Part shown: positions 50,068 through 64,000 of the stretch, in pieces
Layout: the number at the start of each line of letters is the position of its first letter
How positions within the stretch are numbered: the stretch's first letter is position 1
Notes under the pieces: model-generated
The model's input: the letters and a program-made list of their open reading frames with translations, nothing else
Database searches by the model: none
Told to the model about the DNA's origin: nothing
Source of the DNA: Eledone cirrhosa
Taxonomy: Eukaryota
Assembly (NCBI GenBank): GCA_964016885.1
Contig: OZ024748.1
Coordinates: forward strand, 56,668,001-56,732,000
Reading direction: 5' to 3'
DNA length: 64,000 nucleotides
Translations under genes and position numbers: made by a program

Positions 50068-50790
50068 ATATAATTGTATATGCCTTATATTTGTAGGTGT
50101 TATGTTCATAAATTTCTAAGGCGACGAATTGGGAGAGTTTTTAGAACTGCAGTATTCGTTCCGCCCCTTTGGTCTCTGAGTTCAAATCCCACCGAGATCA
50201 ATTTGCCTTTCACTCTTTCGAAGCTTGTCAATGCTTCCTCTATATCTCTTTTTTCCTTTTCTCTCTCCCTCATTTTCTATCTTTCTCTGGGGGAAATCTG
50301 CTGTACTCAGGCCTGGAGAGGGATGGGCCCCACCAGGCTTAAAATGCCCAAGAAACGCTGTATGTCAATATACTACGAATCTGTCAGAAGTTACAGGACC
50401 ATACATATATATAATTGTATATGCCTTATGTTTGTATTTGTAGGGTATATGTTTATATATTTCTAAGGGAGAATTTTTAGAACGTTGGATAGAATGCTTT
50501 GCAGTATTCGTTCAGATACTTTACTCACTGAGTTCAAATCCCGCTGAGGTTAACTTTGCGTTTCTTCCACCAAAGGTCGTCAAAAAAGTACTAGTTTAGT
50601 ACTGAGGTCATTTCTTCTTCTATATCCCTTTCCCACTTCCATTCTCTCACTCTCTCACTCATTGTCTGGGCTTAATCTTCTGTAATCAAATATGGAGAGC
50701 AGATGGGCTCTGATACCTTTAAGAAATTTCCTAGAAACACCATAGGAGAATGTGGCACCCCTAAGACTTCCTCAGGAGTTACGGGTACAT
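50068..50790 (+). mobile_element. Two tandem tail-2 SINE copies (50120-50400, 50466-50790) sharing duplicated upstream flank
   Basis: Two CTGAGTTCAAATCCC B boxes. TATATAATTGTATATGCCTTAT..TTTCTAAGG is repeated at about 50068 and 50408. Confidence 0.75.
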
Positions 50791-51032
50791 ACATACCTAT
50801 ATTTTTCGGATCTTGTTGTCTATGTATATGCATGTGTATTTATCTGTGAATATATAACTGAATATATTTTCTGTTTGTTTGTGTTGTTCTATGTTTCTTT
50901 ATGGATTGAAATGTGTGCCTATAAGAGTATGAACGATTAGTTTTTGGTTGCAGCTAAATTTATATGTATATATATATATATGCATGTGCACATTTATGTA
51001 CATATGTATGTACAAGTGGATGATACGTATAT

Positions 51033-51089
51033 AAATATATTCACACGTATACATAGACTATACGTCTATGTATACGTGTGAATATATTT
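51033..51089. other. Perfect 26-bp inverted repeat with 5-nt loop
   Basis: AAATATATTCACACGTATACATAGAC-TATAC-GTCTATGTATACGTGTGAATATATTT. Confidence 0.9.
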
Positions 51090-51635
51090 GTATGATTACA
51101 ATTTCGTTGTGTTAGTACGTGAATTTATTTGTTTTAGTAGTTGTAAGTATGTACATACTTATACATGTATATATAGGCGTGGGTGAATGTATATATGAAG
51201 GGACAAATGCCTTGTGGTTGTGTTTAAGAGATTTTTTTCGAAAGTAGAGACACAGGCGATTTCTAAACCAGACAAAACTTATGTTTATCGGAATTTAGAC
51301 AGCAAGAACTTGGGAAGTATGAGTATATATATATATATATATATATTTATACATATATATATTTATACATATATATATATATATGGGGTGGTATATATAT
51401 ATATATATATACGTGTGTGTGTGTATATATATATGCGTATGTATGTATTTATGACTGTATGTACGCGATAATAATTATAAGTAGGCTTAGTGTGAATCAG
51501 TAATTGTGTGCAGCAGTGTGCATCAGAGAGAGATTAATATTTGGTTGAAGTATACGACGTCTGAATATACAATGTTTTCAAACAGGCAGATACAGAGTTT
51601 TTCACGTAGCTGTCTAAGTGTATATACACACACAT

Positions 51636-51682
<47 letters not shown>

Positions 51683-51744
51683 CATACATATCCTGGAACT
51701 AGCTGTTGAAATAGCAGGTGCTCAGCTGTTGGCACGGGACTTAT

Positions 51745-51783
<39 letters not shown>

Positions 51784-51787
51784 ATAA

Positions 51788-51910
51788 AATAACAGGAGGC
51801 TGGACTGGTGTAAATCTTTGAAAGGTTTATTATACTATGATCATTTCAATGACCGGGTTCAGTATCAATCTGGTGACATCATCAGGTATTGGAATATAAC
51901 AAAGGAATAT
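51788..51910 (-). mobile_element. Penelope-like terminal repeat family A, copy 2, with hammerhead motif (51832-51889)
   Basis: CUGAUGA at 51885-51879, GAAA at 51847-51844, same stems I and III as copy 1. Abuts (TA)n. Confidence 0.7.
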
Positions 51911-52289
51911 GTGAAAATATATATGTATATATATATTAATACATTTCGAATATCTTCAAGTAATTATTTACATGAATTTCACAAGGTCAACTACAGATTT
52001 TGGGGGAGAGTTGTTATTTATCCTTTTACACTCCAAATGATGTACCCAATAAATACCAGTCCCAATGTTCTCTAAATGAATAAAGGTAAAAGAATAACGT
52101 ATATTGTTAATAGTGAGGTTTCTATGGATCAAAACATATTTCGTACTAGCAAAACAGATACATAAATCTGTGTAGCACTGATAAATCATTTCATGTGTCT
52201 ACATTAGGCCGTAATAACGTAATAAAATCAATTTCGTCATCGTCAGATATATGTTCAGGTTAATATAAGAGCTTCTATATAGAAGAGTC

Positions 52290-52460
52290 GTACATAAAGG
52301 AGTCGTACAGAAGCTTCAACATACGGAGTTTCTGGGACACTTTTAAACCTGGTGGAGCCCATTCCTCTCCAGATCTGAGTACAGCAGATTTTTTCCAGAG
52401 TAGGATAGTTAGTGAAAGAGAGGAATAAGAAAGATATATAGAGGAAGAATAGACCACAGT
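52290..52460 (-). mobile_element. Tail-2 SINE 3' fragment
   Basis: Minus AAATCTGCTGTACTCAGATCTGGAGAGGAATGGGCTCCACCAGGTTTAAAAGTG matches 50294-50347. Confidence 0.75.
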
Positions 52461-52828
52461 ACTAGATATCGAAGAAATATACTCTTATGTAAAATCTGTA
52501 GATGATGAAATTTCTGCTATTTCCAAATATTATTAGGGGACTGCGCTGAAAATCCTTACAATCTGAAGAGAAAATACAGTTATTTACTCATTCCTATAAT
52601 CAATTAAAGACGAAGAATCTTAGAACAAACTAACTTAGAAAAAACGTACTATACAAGCGCCGTCATCGTGGTGTCAGTCGGGGCATAACACTCGTCAGCG
52701 AGGAGGAAACACATACAAACACTTAAATCATATCATCATACGGAGCCAAACATTACGTTTGGGTGTTAACATACTTATATATACACCATATATATATATA
52801 TATAGGAAAATAAATGTATGACCCCGAC

Positions 52829-53018
<190 letters not shown>

Positions 53019-53209
53019 GATAATTTAATATATCAACTAACATAGACGCACAGATGTACGTCCATGCCAGCAAATACACAGGTTATGTCATAGTACCTAG
53101 GTGGTTCAATGCAGGAGGGTGCAGAACAATAATATAAAAGACGTAAAATAAGAAAATATTTTTTAAAAAAATTTTTAAAAAATTTTTTTACTTACTTACT
53201 TAAATTTTC

Positions 53210-53291
53210 ACTCCAACTAATTAGTTTCTGCAATGGGATAAAGACAGTTACATAATCCAACTGTCGAGAATTCATTGCGTCATCAGGGAGT
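53210..53291 (-). ncRNA. Type I hammerhead ribozyme, copy 1
   Basis: ACUCC-CUGAUGA-CGCAAUG..GACAGUU/AACUGUC..CAUUGCA-GAAA-CUAAUUAG-UU^-GGAGU. Predicted cut between 53215 and 53214. Confidence 0.85.
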
Positions 53292-53764
53292 CTATTCTCA
53301 GCTGAGCCTCCAGGCAATGCGCGGACACTGGCGGCTCATATAAAAATAATACTTCGGTAGAAAGAACAGCTAGGCGAGGACTGGATTCTATGTACTGAAA
53401 TTCTCACTGCTTCCAGTCAAATGACCGATTCTAAAGAATCAATCACGTGACATAGAGGCTAGTTAGAAGGAATGGGATGGTAAGATGACTGACGCCTACT
53501 AACACCCCAAAAAAAATTTTGAAGTGGTTTTGGCAGGTTTGCTCGACAAATCAGTGATTTGGAGATAAATATAGATAATTTAATATATCAACTAACATAG
53601 ACGCACAGATGTACGTCCATGCCAGCAAATACACAGGTTATGTCATAGTACCTAGGTGGTTCAATGCAGGAGGGTGCAGAACAATAATATAAAAGACGTA
53701 AAATAAGAAAATATTTTTTAAAAAAATTTTTAAAAAATTTTTTTACTTACTTACTTAAATTTTC

Positions 53765-53846
53765 ACTCCAACTAATTAGTTTCTGCAATGGGATAAAGAC
53801 AGTTACATAATCCAACTGTCGAGAATTCATTGCGTCATCAGGGAGT
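53765..53846 (-). ncRNA. Type I hammerhead ribozyme, copy 2
   Basis: Identical motif 555 bp from copy 1. Predicted cut between 53770 and 53769. Confidence 0.85.
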
Positions 53847-54495
53847 CTATTCTCAGCTGAGCCTCCAGGCAATGCGCGGACACTGGCGGCTCATATAAAA
53901 ATAATACTTCGGTAGAAAGAACAGCTAGGCGAGGACTGGATTCTATGTACTGAAATTCTCACTGCTTCCAGTCAAATGACCGATTCTAAAGAATCAATCA
54001 CGTGACATAGAGGCTAGTTAGAAGGAATGGGATGGTAAGATGACTGACGCCTACTAACACCCCAAAAAAAATTTTGAAGTGGTTTTGGCAGGTTTGCTCG
54101 ACAAATCAGTGATTTGGAGATAAATATAGATAATTTAATATATCAACTAACATAGACGCACAGATGTACGTCCATGCCAGCAAATACACAGGTTATGTCA
54201 TAGTACCTAGGTGGTTCAATGCAGGAGGGTGCAGAACAATAATATAAAAGACGTAAAATAAGAAAATATTTTTTAAAAAAATTTTTAAAAAATTTTTTTA
54301 CTCTTACCATCCCATTCCTTCTAACTAGCCTCTATGTCACGTGATTGATTCTTTAGAATCGGTCATTTGACTGGAAGCAGTGAGAATTTCAGTACATAGA
54401 ATCCAGTCCTCGCCTAGCTGTTCTTTCTACCGAAGTATTATTTTTATATGAGCCGCCAGTGTCCGCGCATTGCCTGGAGGCTCAGCTGAGAATAG

Positions 54496-54577
54496 ACTCC
54501 CTGATGACGCAATGAATTCTCGACAGTTGGATTATGTAACTGTCTTTATCCCATTGCAGAAACTAATTAGTTGGAGT
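54496..54577 (+). ncRNA. Type I hammerhead ribozyme, copy 3 (inverted)
   Basis: ACTCC 54496-54500, CTGATGA 54501-54507, GAAA 54559-54562, GTT^ ending at 54572, GGAGT 54573-54577. Confidence 0.85.
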
Positions 54578-54645
54578 GAAAATTTAAGTAAGTAAGTAAA
54601 AAAATTTTTTAAAAATTTTTTTAAAAAATATTTTCTTATTTTACG

Positions 54646-57155
<2,510 letters not shown>

Positions 57156-58013
57156 TTGTTTGTATGTATATACCTTCCTAATCAAAGAAAGATTCTCCCA
57201 ACATGCACTGCCAAGATTCCGAGAGTGTCGTTCAGTTATTGCAACACACAAACACGCTGATAAGCAAATATATATATATATACACATAAACACACCCATA
57301 TATATATGTGTGTGTACATATACATATATTTAATGAAGCGTGGGATCTAATTTCAGCTCTCATTTTGATACTTTATACATTAGAAAATGGACTGCTTCTT
57401 CGTTTTATCTAGGTATTTTGATTCTGATTTAACAAGAGAGTAAATTTTTAACAGATAATTCCTTTATTTTCCTTTCATATTCGCTACATTTTGCTTTAAT
57501 TTTCTATAATACGGTGTAAATTTATTTTTCTTATACACACAGCATATTTTAACAACAAACAATTGTATCTGAAGCGTGTAAAATGCATTTAAGTTGAACA
57601 CAAATGTAGACAAACGTAAGCTGTAGAAGGCGGCAGATTTCTGCTGCAAATCCTAAGTGGATTATTGTTAGAGAGTGACATTTTCTTAGTTGCAGAGGTA
57701 TAATGATGCAACGTAGCTTCGTTAAAGACTATATGCATATTTGGCTTGTCATATCTGCTCTCATAACAATAAATAAACAATTCCACACGTAGATAGATGC
57801 ATACACACTACTCACATACACAAGAAAATGCTATATTACATGCAGGTATATACATATGTGTGTATATAAAACGGAGGAGGGTGATGGAAGGGGGGGAGAA
57901 AGTTGGATAGATATAGTCATATGTATGCATATATCTATATTTTTTTTATACGAACATCTATCTGTATATTCCTACCTATATATGTGTATACACACCTAAC
58001 ACACACATATATA

Positions 58014-58113
58014 CAGGGTGTCCTCCAAAAATGTATTCGCACTTCAACAGCATTCTAAAAAGTATTGCCTGTACAGGTAATCAAAGTGGGTATACATTTT
58101 GCGGGGACACCTT
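58014..58113. mobile_element. Short Tc1/mariner-type MITE
   Basis: TA-CAGGGTGTCCTCCAAAAATGTAT ... ATACATTTTGCGGGGACACC. Confidence 0.65.
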
Positions 58114-58119
58114 CTCTCC

Positions 58120-58170
<51 letters not shown>

Positions 58171-58177
<7 letters not shown>

Positions 58178-58289
58178 ATAACAGATTAAAGTTTAAGCAA
58201 ATAATCGGTGATTTCACCCTTAACGGGAAGATCCCGTTAAGGGTGAAAGCAGCGATTATTTGCTTAAAATTTAATCTGTCATTTTAATA
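58171..58289. repeat. About 119-bp near-perfect palindrome (foldback/MITE-like)
   Basis: ACAGATTAAAGTTTAAGCAAATAATCGGTGATTTCACCCTTAACGGGA-AGA-TCCCGTTAAGGGTGAAAGCAGCGATTATTTGCTTAAAATTTAATCTGT. Confidence 0.9.
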
Positions 58290-58458
58290 AATATTTGCTC
58301 TACGGTTTTATATATTTTATATATATATTATCCTTATCGAGCTCTCTTCGGATTTTAGTCTTCACATTATTATTATTATTGTCAACATGAATGGACCAGT
58401 TATTTTTATCTAAAGACATTTTTTTCAATTCCAACCATCCCGTCCCCTCAATCTATCT

Positions 58459-58592
58459 TATTTCTCATTCTTTCTTCTGATGAAGGACTAGCGTTGGACA
58501 CGTTAAGACCATCTTCCTGTTATATCAAGCGTTAACCTAATATATCCCTTCCATATACTGTACCGATTATGTTGTTATTTCTGTTTACCTTT

Positions 58593-58594
<2 letters not shown>
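58459..58594 (+). mobile_element. Decayed Penelope-type terminal repeat with hammerhead relic (family B)
   Basis: TCTT-CTGATGA(58477-58483)-AGGACTAGCGTTG-GACA (GAAA mutated)-CGTT-AAGA. Homologous to 3228-3352 and followed by (TA)n. Confidence 0.55.
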
Positions 58595-58659
<65 letters not shown>

Positions 58660-58811
58660 TTCTTTAGGTTTGTTGGTTCACCACTGGATAGAATTGGTCA
58701 TTCCGTATGGTCAATCTTGGTGTAATATTGTGGAGAGTACTCAACGTAGAGCAGTTCACCCGTCTTCGTTTGTGTAGTCGGTGGTGCGAATACGGAGTTA
58801 ATTATAAATAA

Positions 58812-59925
58812 AAATAACAGGAGGCAGCACTGGTGTTAATCCTTGAAAGGTTTATTATACTATGATCATTTCAATGACCGGGATCCATATGAATCCGGTG
58901 ATATCATCAGGTATTCGAAATATAACAAAGGAATATATAAAAACCATGGGTCCGAAAAATCAGAGACAGAGAGGACGACTGACCAACTAGATGTCCTCAC
59001 CTCTGCCAGTTGCCCTCAATGTGATGGCAACTCGATCTGCTAATGACCATCTGGTGAGGGGGCGAAGGCTTATAATGTACTACCACCTCTCCGTCAAAGA
59101 ATAAAAAAGGGAAAGAACGAAAGAAAGAAGAAAAAAGAAAGAAAGAAGTCAGCATAAAGGTCACACTACAGTCAAGCTAGAAAACGCCGCGAAAAATGTT
59201 ATTCTAAAGAATCTATATTTTAACAAAGGCATATATAATTGTTTCTACTTTTGGCACAAGGCCAGCAATTACCCAGTGTATTACTGGTACTTTATTTTAT
59301 CGACCTCGTAAGGATGAAAGGCAAAGTTAACCTCGGCGGGATTTGAACTCAGAATGGCAAGGGCCGTAACTCTACGCGTCAAAGCATGGCGTCCGACCCT
59401 CTACCGATACTGCCAATCCATTAATGGGTGTCTGTATGGTCTCATGTGTGAACAGAAAATTGGAATGTTAAACTTATGTTACGAGTTATAGGATGAAATT
59501 AAATTAAAATATAATAAATTGGAAAATAAATAAAAAAATTATTTAATGAACTTACAGAGAGAGTCTTATATGAAAAAGTTAACCTCGATAAGATATCAGG
59601 ATGGGATAAAGATAAAAGCCTTCGAATGTGAAACCCAGCCAGCACCTCCTAACCACGTGTCAGCCAGTTTCGAGTGGTATCGTCCAGCGAAAGAAATGGA
59701 AATTAATTTTTCCGAGTACTCTAGTTACGCAGCTACACTAGGCCCCGGGTGTGCTAGCGGGAAGTCTACAATTTCGACAGGCCATCGTCAATACCAAACG
59801 AATACTATTAATTCACACATGAGGGGTTTATTTACGTGCCAGTAGAGGCATGATACAGCTAACAGTTATGCCTAAGCCTAGAGTTTAAAGGTATAAGTAT
59901 AATATGGCGGTCAAAACAGGCGACG
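58812..59925 (-). mobile_element. Penelope-like terminal repeat family A, copy 3, with hammerhead motif (58857-58914), interrupted by a SINE
   Basis: CUGAUGA at 58910-58904, GAAA at 58872-58869. Colinear patches with 33590-34400. Confidence 0.65.
59238..59415 (-). mobile_element. tRNA-derived SINE (tail 1), young full-length copy
   Basis: TGGCAGTATCGGTAGAG A box, GAGTTCAAATCCC B box, core and tail intact. Confidence 0.92.
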
Positions 59926-61892
59926 CGGCGGGCCCGGGGCAAGGCAAATCGCTCCGAGTAATTTCGTTTACCGAAAGAGGGGAATTTATTTTTCCAAGCA
60001 CTCAAGGAAAGCAGAACTTTACATATTGAGGGAGGCTCATGCAGTCAAAATAAAGGCACATCCCCTAGAGAAGTTTCACTTCATGTTTTATTATTTGTCA
60101 GGTAACCAATCATTTCATCACTCGGTTTGATAAACATTTGTTTCATTTTGAAAGCACTTTCATCACACTTTCTATGACATTTTCGAAAACTTTCTTGGCC
60201 CTCTGTATCCTACTCATTTCAATTTCATCTAAAGAATATTGACAATTAAATAACCTCTCATTATATAAGGAGCATTGTCCTTAGAAATGATCCTTGTAAT
60301 TGTCTTGTAATTTTTTTCATATCTATGTTTTCTTTTTTCACTACATGCTAATATGACTCCACAACAATACAACTTAATCTTTTTTTATTCCAAAGTATAA
60401 CCTCTTTGATCAAAGTCATCCAGCCGTCACTATGTCACCTTCGGGCGTTACGTAGTGCTACGTGGGGTAATGTTTCTTGTTTCTATATAATTTCAAATCC
60501 TGCCCCGGTAACTTTGGCTTTTGCGACCGATAAATAAAGTAACAATCAAGTACTGAGCTCGCGGCTGCCCCTCCCCCTATCTCTCTCTCTCTCTCTCTCT
60601 TTAGTTCAAAGTTGGAGAATGGCCTTCGTTATTTGGCAATATTAAACTGGTTAATATTTAAAGTTTCCTGCATTAAAAATATAACATAATATTTATTTTA
60701 AAAATATCTCAGAGAAGAAGAAATATTTAACTGTTTATACAGTAATAGTTGTAATATGTATTGTTAATTAATACCATATCTGATCTAATGAAGTAGACAT
60801 TCGGACTAATATCCCCCCCCCCCCCCCCCGTCATAACCATTGAACATTTCTTAACATCACAGTGTGTGTGGAAATACATTATCCGGATCATCCTCTCCAA
60901 ATATTTGTATTTAGGGAGATGTTAGAGCCTGATTTTAAGGAGATTTATATGCCACTTGTCTCAGACGAGTCACAGCGTACATCTTTCCTCACTGGGCTTT
61001 AGATAAATATTTTATTTTACCTTTCTTCGTGTTATCAGAGATGGACACCATTGAGGGGCTGAACTCGAAAAGTTGGGTAATTCGTTTCTTCACGACAAAC
61101 TGTCATACTTAATTTTTTTTCTGTATGATATATTCTGGCAGTTTAATATTTTATCCATCCAGAGGGTCATCTCGTTTGCACTATCCACAGGCTACCACCA
61201 GTTTAAACCAAGTGGGATGGCAGAGGATGTAAGAACATATTTAGTTTTTACTGTGAGATAAATCGGTATTGATTTGGCATTTGATTAAATGATTGATTGG
61301 CGGGAGCAAATAGGTGGATAAGAATAAATTTATAAAGTATGAAATATATATGAGGATCGCAAAAGTCACGGTATCCACCCTTGATACAGGATAACTATGT
61401 CTGTCAGTTGACGTATATGAAGAGTATGTTTGTACTGTTGTGAGTGGGGCTATGTGGGATAAAATGTGAAGTGATACCACTTAGAAACCAGAAGGGAAAA
61501 TGATAGACACGTGAAGACACGGAAATTAGAGCCTCTGAGAAAGATGAGGTAGAAATAAGAGGAAAGGCATTGATAGAATAGCAAACAAAAAATAAAGACA
61601 CAAAATCGTATAAGATTTGTATGAAAGGAACAATGATGATTCTGATGTTAATAACACAAGACACACATTATGATGATGGTGGTTATCATCTTTTATTTTG
61701 ATAATGATATAGATATTCATGTTGAGAGTGTTGACAATAAAGGACATGATGATGATGATGAAAACATTTGGATGATGATATTAATGAAGATAACCATAGC
61801 GGTTATAATTACGTTGATGATTTTAAATGATAATGATGATGATTAGAATAACGATGATTATGATCATGAGGGTATTGTTAATAATAATTATT

Positions 61893-62065
61893 TATACTTC
61901 TGGCACACGGCCAGAAATTACCCCAGTACATTACTGGTACTTTATTTTATCGACCCCGTAAGGATGAAAGGGGAAGCTAACATCGGCGGGATTTGAACTC
62001 ATACTGTAAAGGGCCGTAACTCTATGCGTCAAAGCATGGCGTCCGACCCTCTACCGAGACTGTCA
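61893..62065 (-). mobile_element. tRNA-derived SINE (tail 1) inserted in a (GAT)n-rich low-complexity tract
   Basis: Same head, core and tail as the 45.7 and 59.3 kb copies. Confidence 0.9.
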
Positions 62066-62559
62066 ATCCACAGCAATAATCATAAACAGTCTCATGAGAA
62101 TGATTATGATGTTTATGTGGATGATGTTGAGGATGATGATGATGATGATGTAGATGTTATTGATGTTGATGATGACGGTTAAGGTGATGAGGATGATGAT
62201 GATGATGATGAAAAAGATGAACATCGTTATCATCATCATCATCATTCTTGTCTGTCTTCGTCGTTGTTGCAAGCATCATCATCCTCATTATCATACGTTG
62301 AAACATGATGACCAAGCTGGTCAGACTCTGACGATGACCATCCTAACGATCATGAAATATTTGAAAAAGACAGAATATTTAGTGAGAAGCAGAGAGAGAG
62401 AGAGAGAGGGGGGGGGGAGAAGAAGGAGAAGAGGACGAAGATATCATTGATTAACTTTCGTCAGTGATAATAAATGTAGACATTCATCTTTTCAAAAACA
62501 ATCCAAGTATTGTAAAAAGACCTGCATTTATATATATATATATACATATGATGTGTATA

Positions 62560-62600
<41 letters not shown>

Positions 62601-62791
62601 TGTGTATATATATGTATATATAGATATATATATATAAATATATGATGTGTATATATATGTATATATGTATATATAGATATATATATATACATATAAATGT
62701 ATATATATATGATGTGTATATATATGTATATATAGATATATATATACATATAAATGTATATATATATATGATGTGTATATATATGTATATA

Positions 62792-62825
<34 letters not shown>

Positions 62826-63140
62826 CAGTAATCATTTAAAGAATACTCTGGGGTCAAAAGCTCAATTTCTCGTCCTGTCCCCTAAGCAAAACCTTCATGT
62901 CAAAGGTTGGGAGAGATTTTTTAAAAGATATCCGGTGCCTGAGTAGCGATAAATGATGGTGGTCGGACGGTTTAGGTTAGGTAACTGACCGGCTGACAAT
63001 CAGATTAATAGATGCAGATGTCTGTGTCACTCATTATTTATGCAACTATATATATATCCATGTATATATATATATTTATTTGTATATATATAAATATATA
63101 CATATATTTATATATGTGTATGCGTGTGTATTATATACAT

Positions 63141-63183
<43 letters not shown>

Positions 63184-63282
63184 GTATATTTATACATATA
63201 CTTATTAACACACCGGCATAGATGCATATAATATGCAATGCATACATGTATACATCTATCTAGTTACCTGTCTACCAATCAG

Positions 63283-64000
<718 letters not shown>

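Noticed and set aside
52228-52252. CUGACGA-UGAC-GAAA on the minus strand
   Set aside because: Only 4 nt for stem II and no convincing stem I.
59310-59415. tRNA-like A/B boxes
   Set aside because: These are SINE heads. There is no complete cloverleaf and they are joined to SINE core and tail.
59768-59796. UUGACGA-UGGCCUGUC-GAAA on the minus strand
   Set aside because: C3 is mutated and the stems are weak.

Overview
AT-rich eukaryotic non-coding DNA, most likely from an octopus or other coleoid cephalopod. That assignment is inferred from the SINE types and the multi-kb (TA)n/(TATG)n arrays. Nearly all long ORFs in the supplied track are microsatellite artefacts, and I could not recognise a confident host protein-coding gene, only one or two weak exon candidates. 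The window contains many tRNA-derived SINEs with two alternative 3' tails, a 5'-truncated CR1-type LINE (38.5-39.3 kb), an internally deleted RTE element (24.5-25.2 kb), decayed Penelope-like fragments, several MITEs and hairpins, and minisatellites. The main finding is at 53.0-54.7 kb. It is an apparently young, non-coding 555-bp unit present as about 2.3 head-to-tail copies plus a 354-bp inverted copy. The two full copies and the inverted copy each carry a complete type I hammerhead ribozyme fold, giving a retrozyme / Penelope-pLTR-like architecture that could yield a 555-nt (circular) RNA. Two further hammerhead-bearing repeat families and a candidate HDV-like fold in the RTE 5' UTR are also present. 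All ribozyme calls come from manual pairing analysis and none has been tested.
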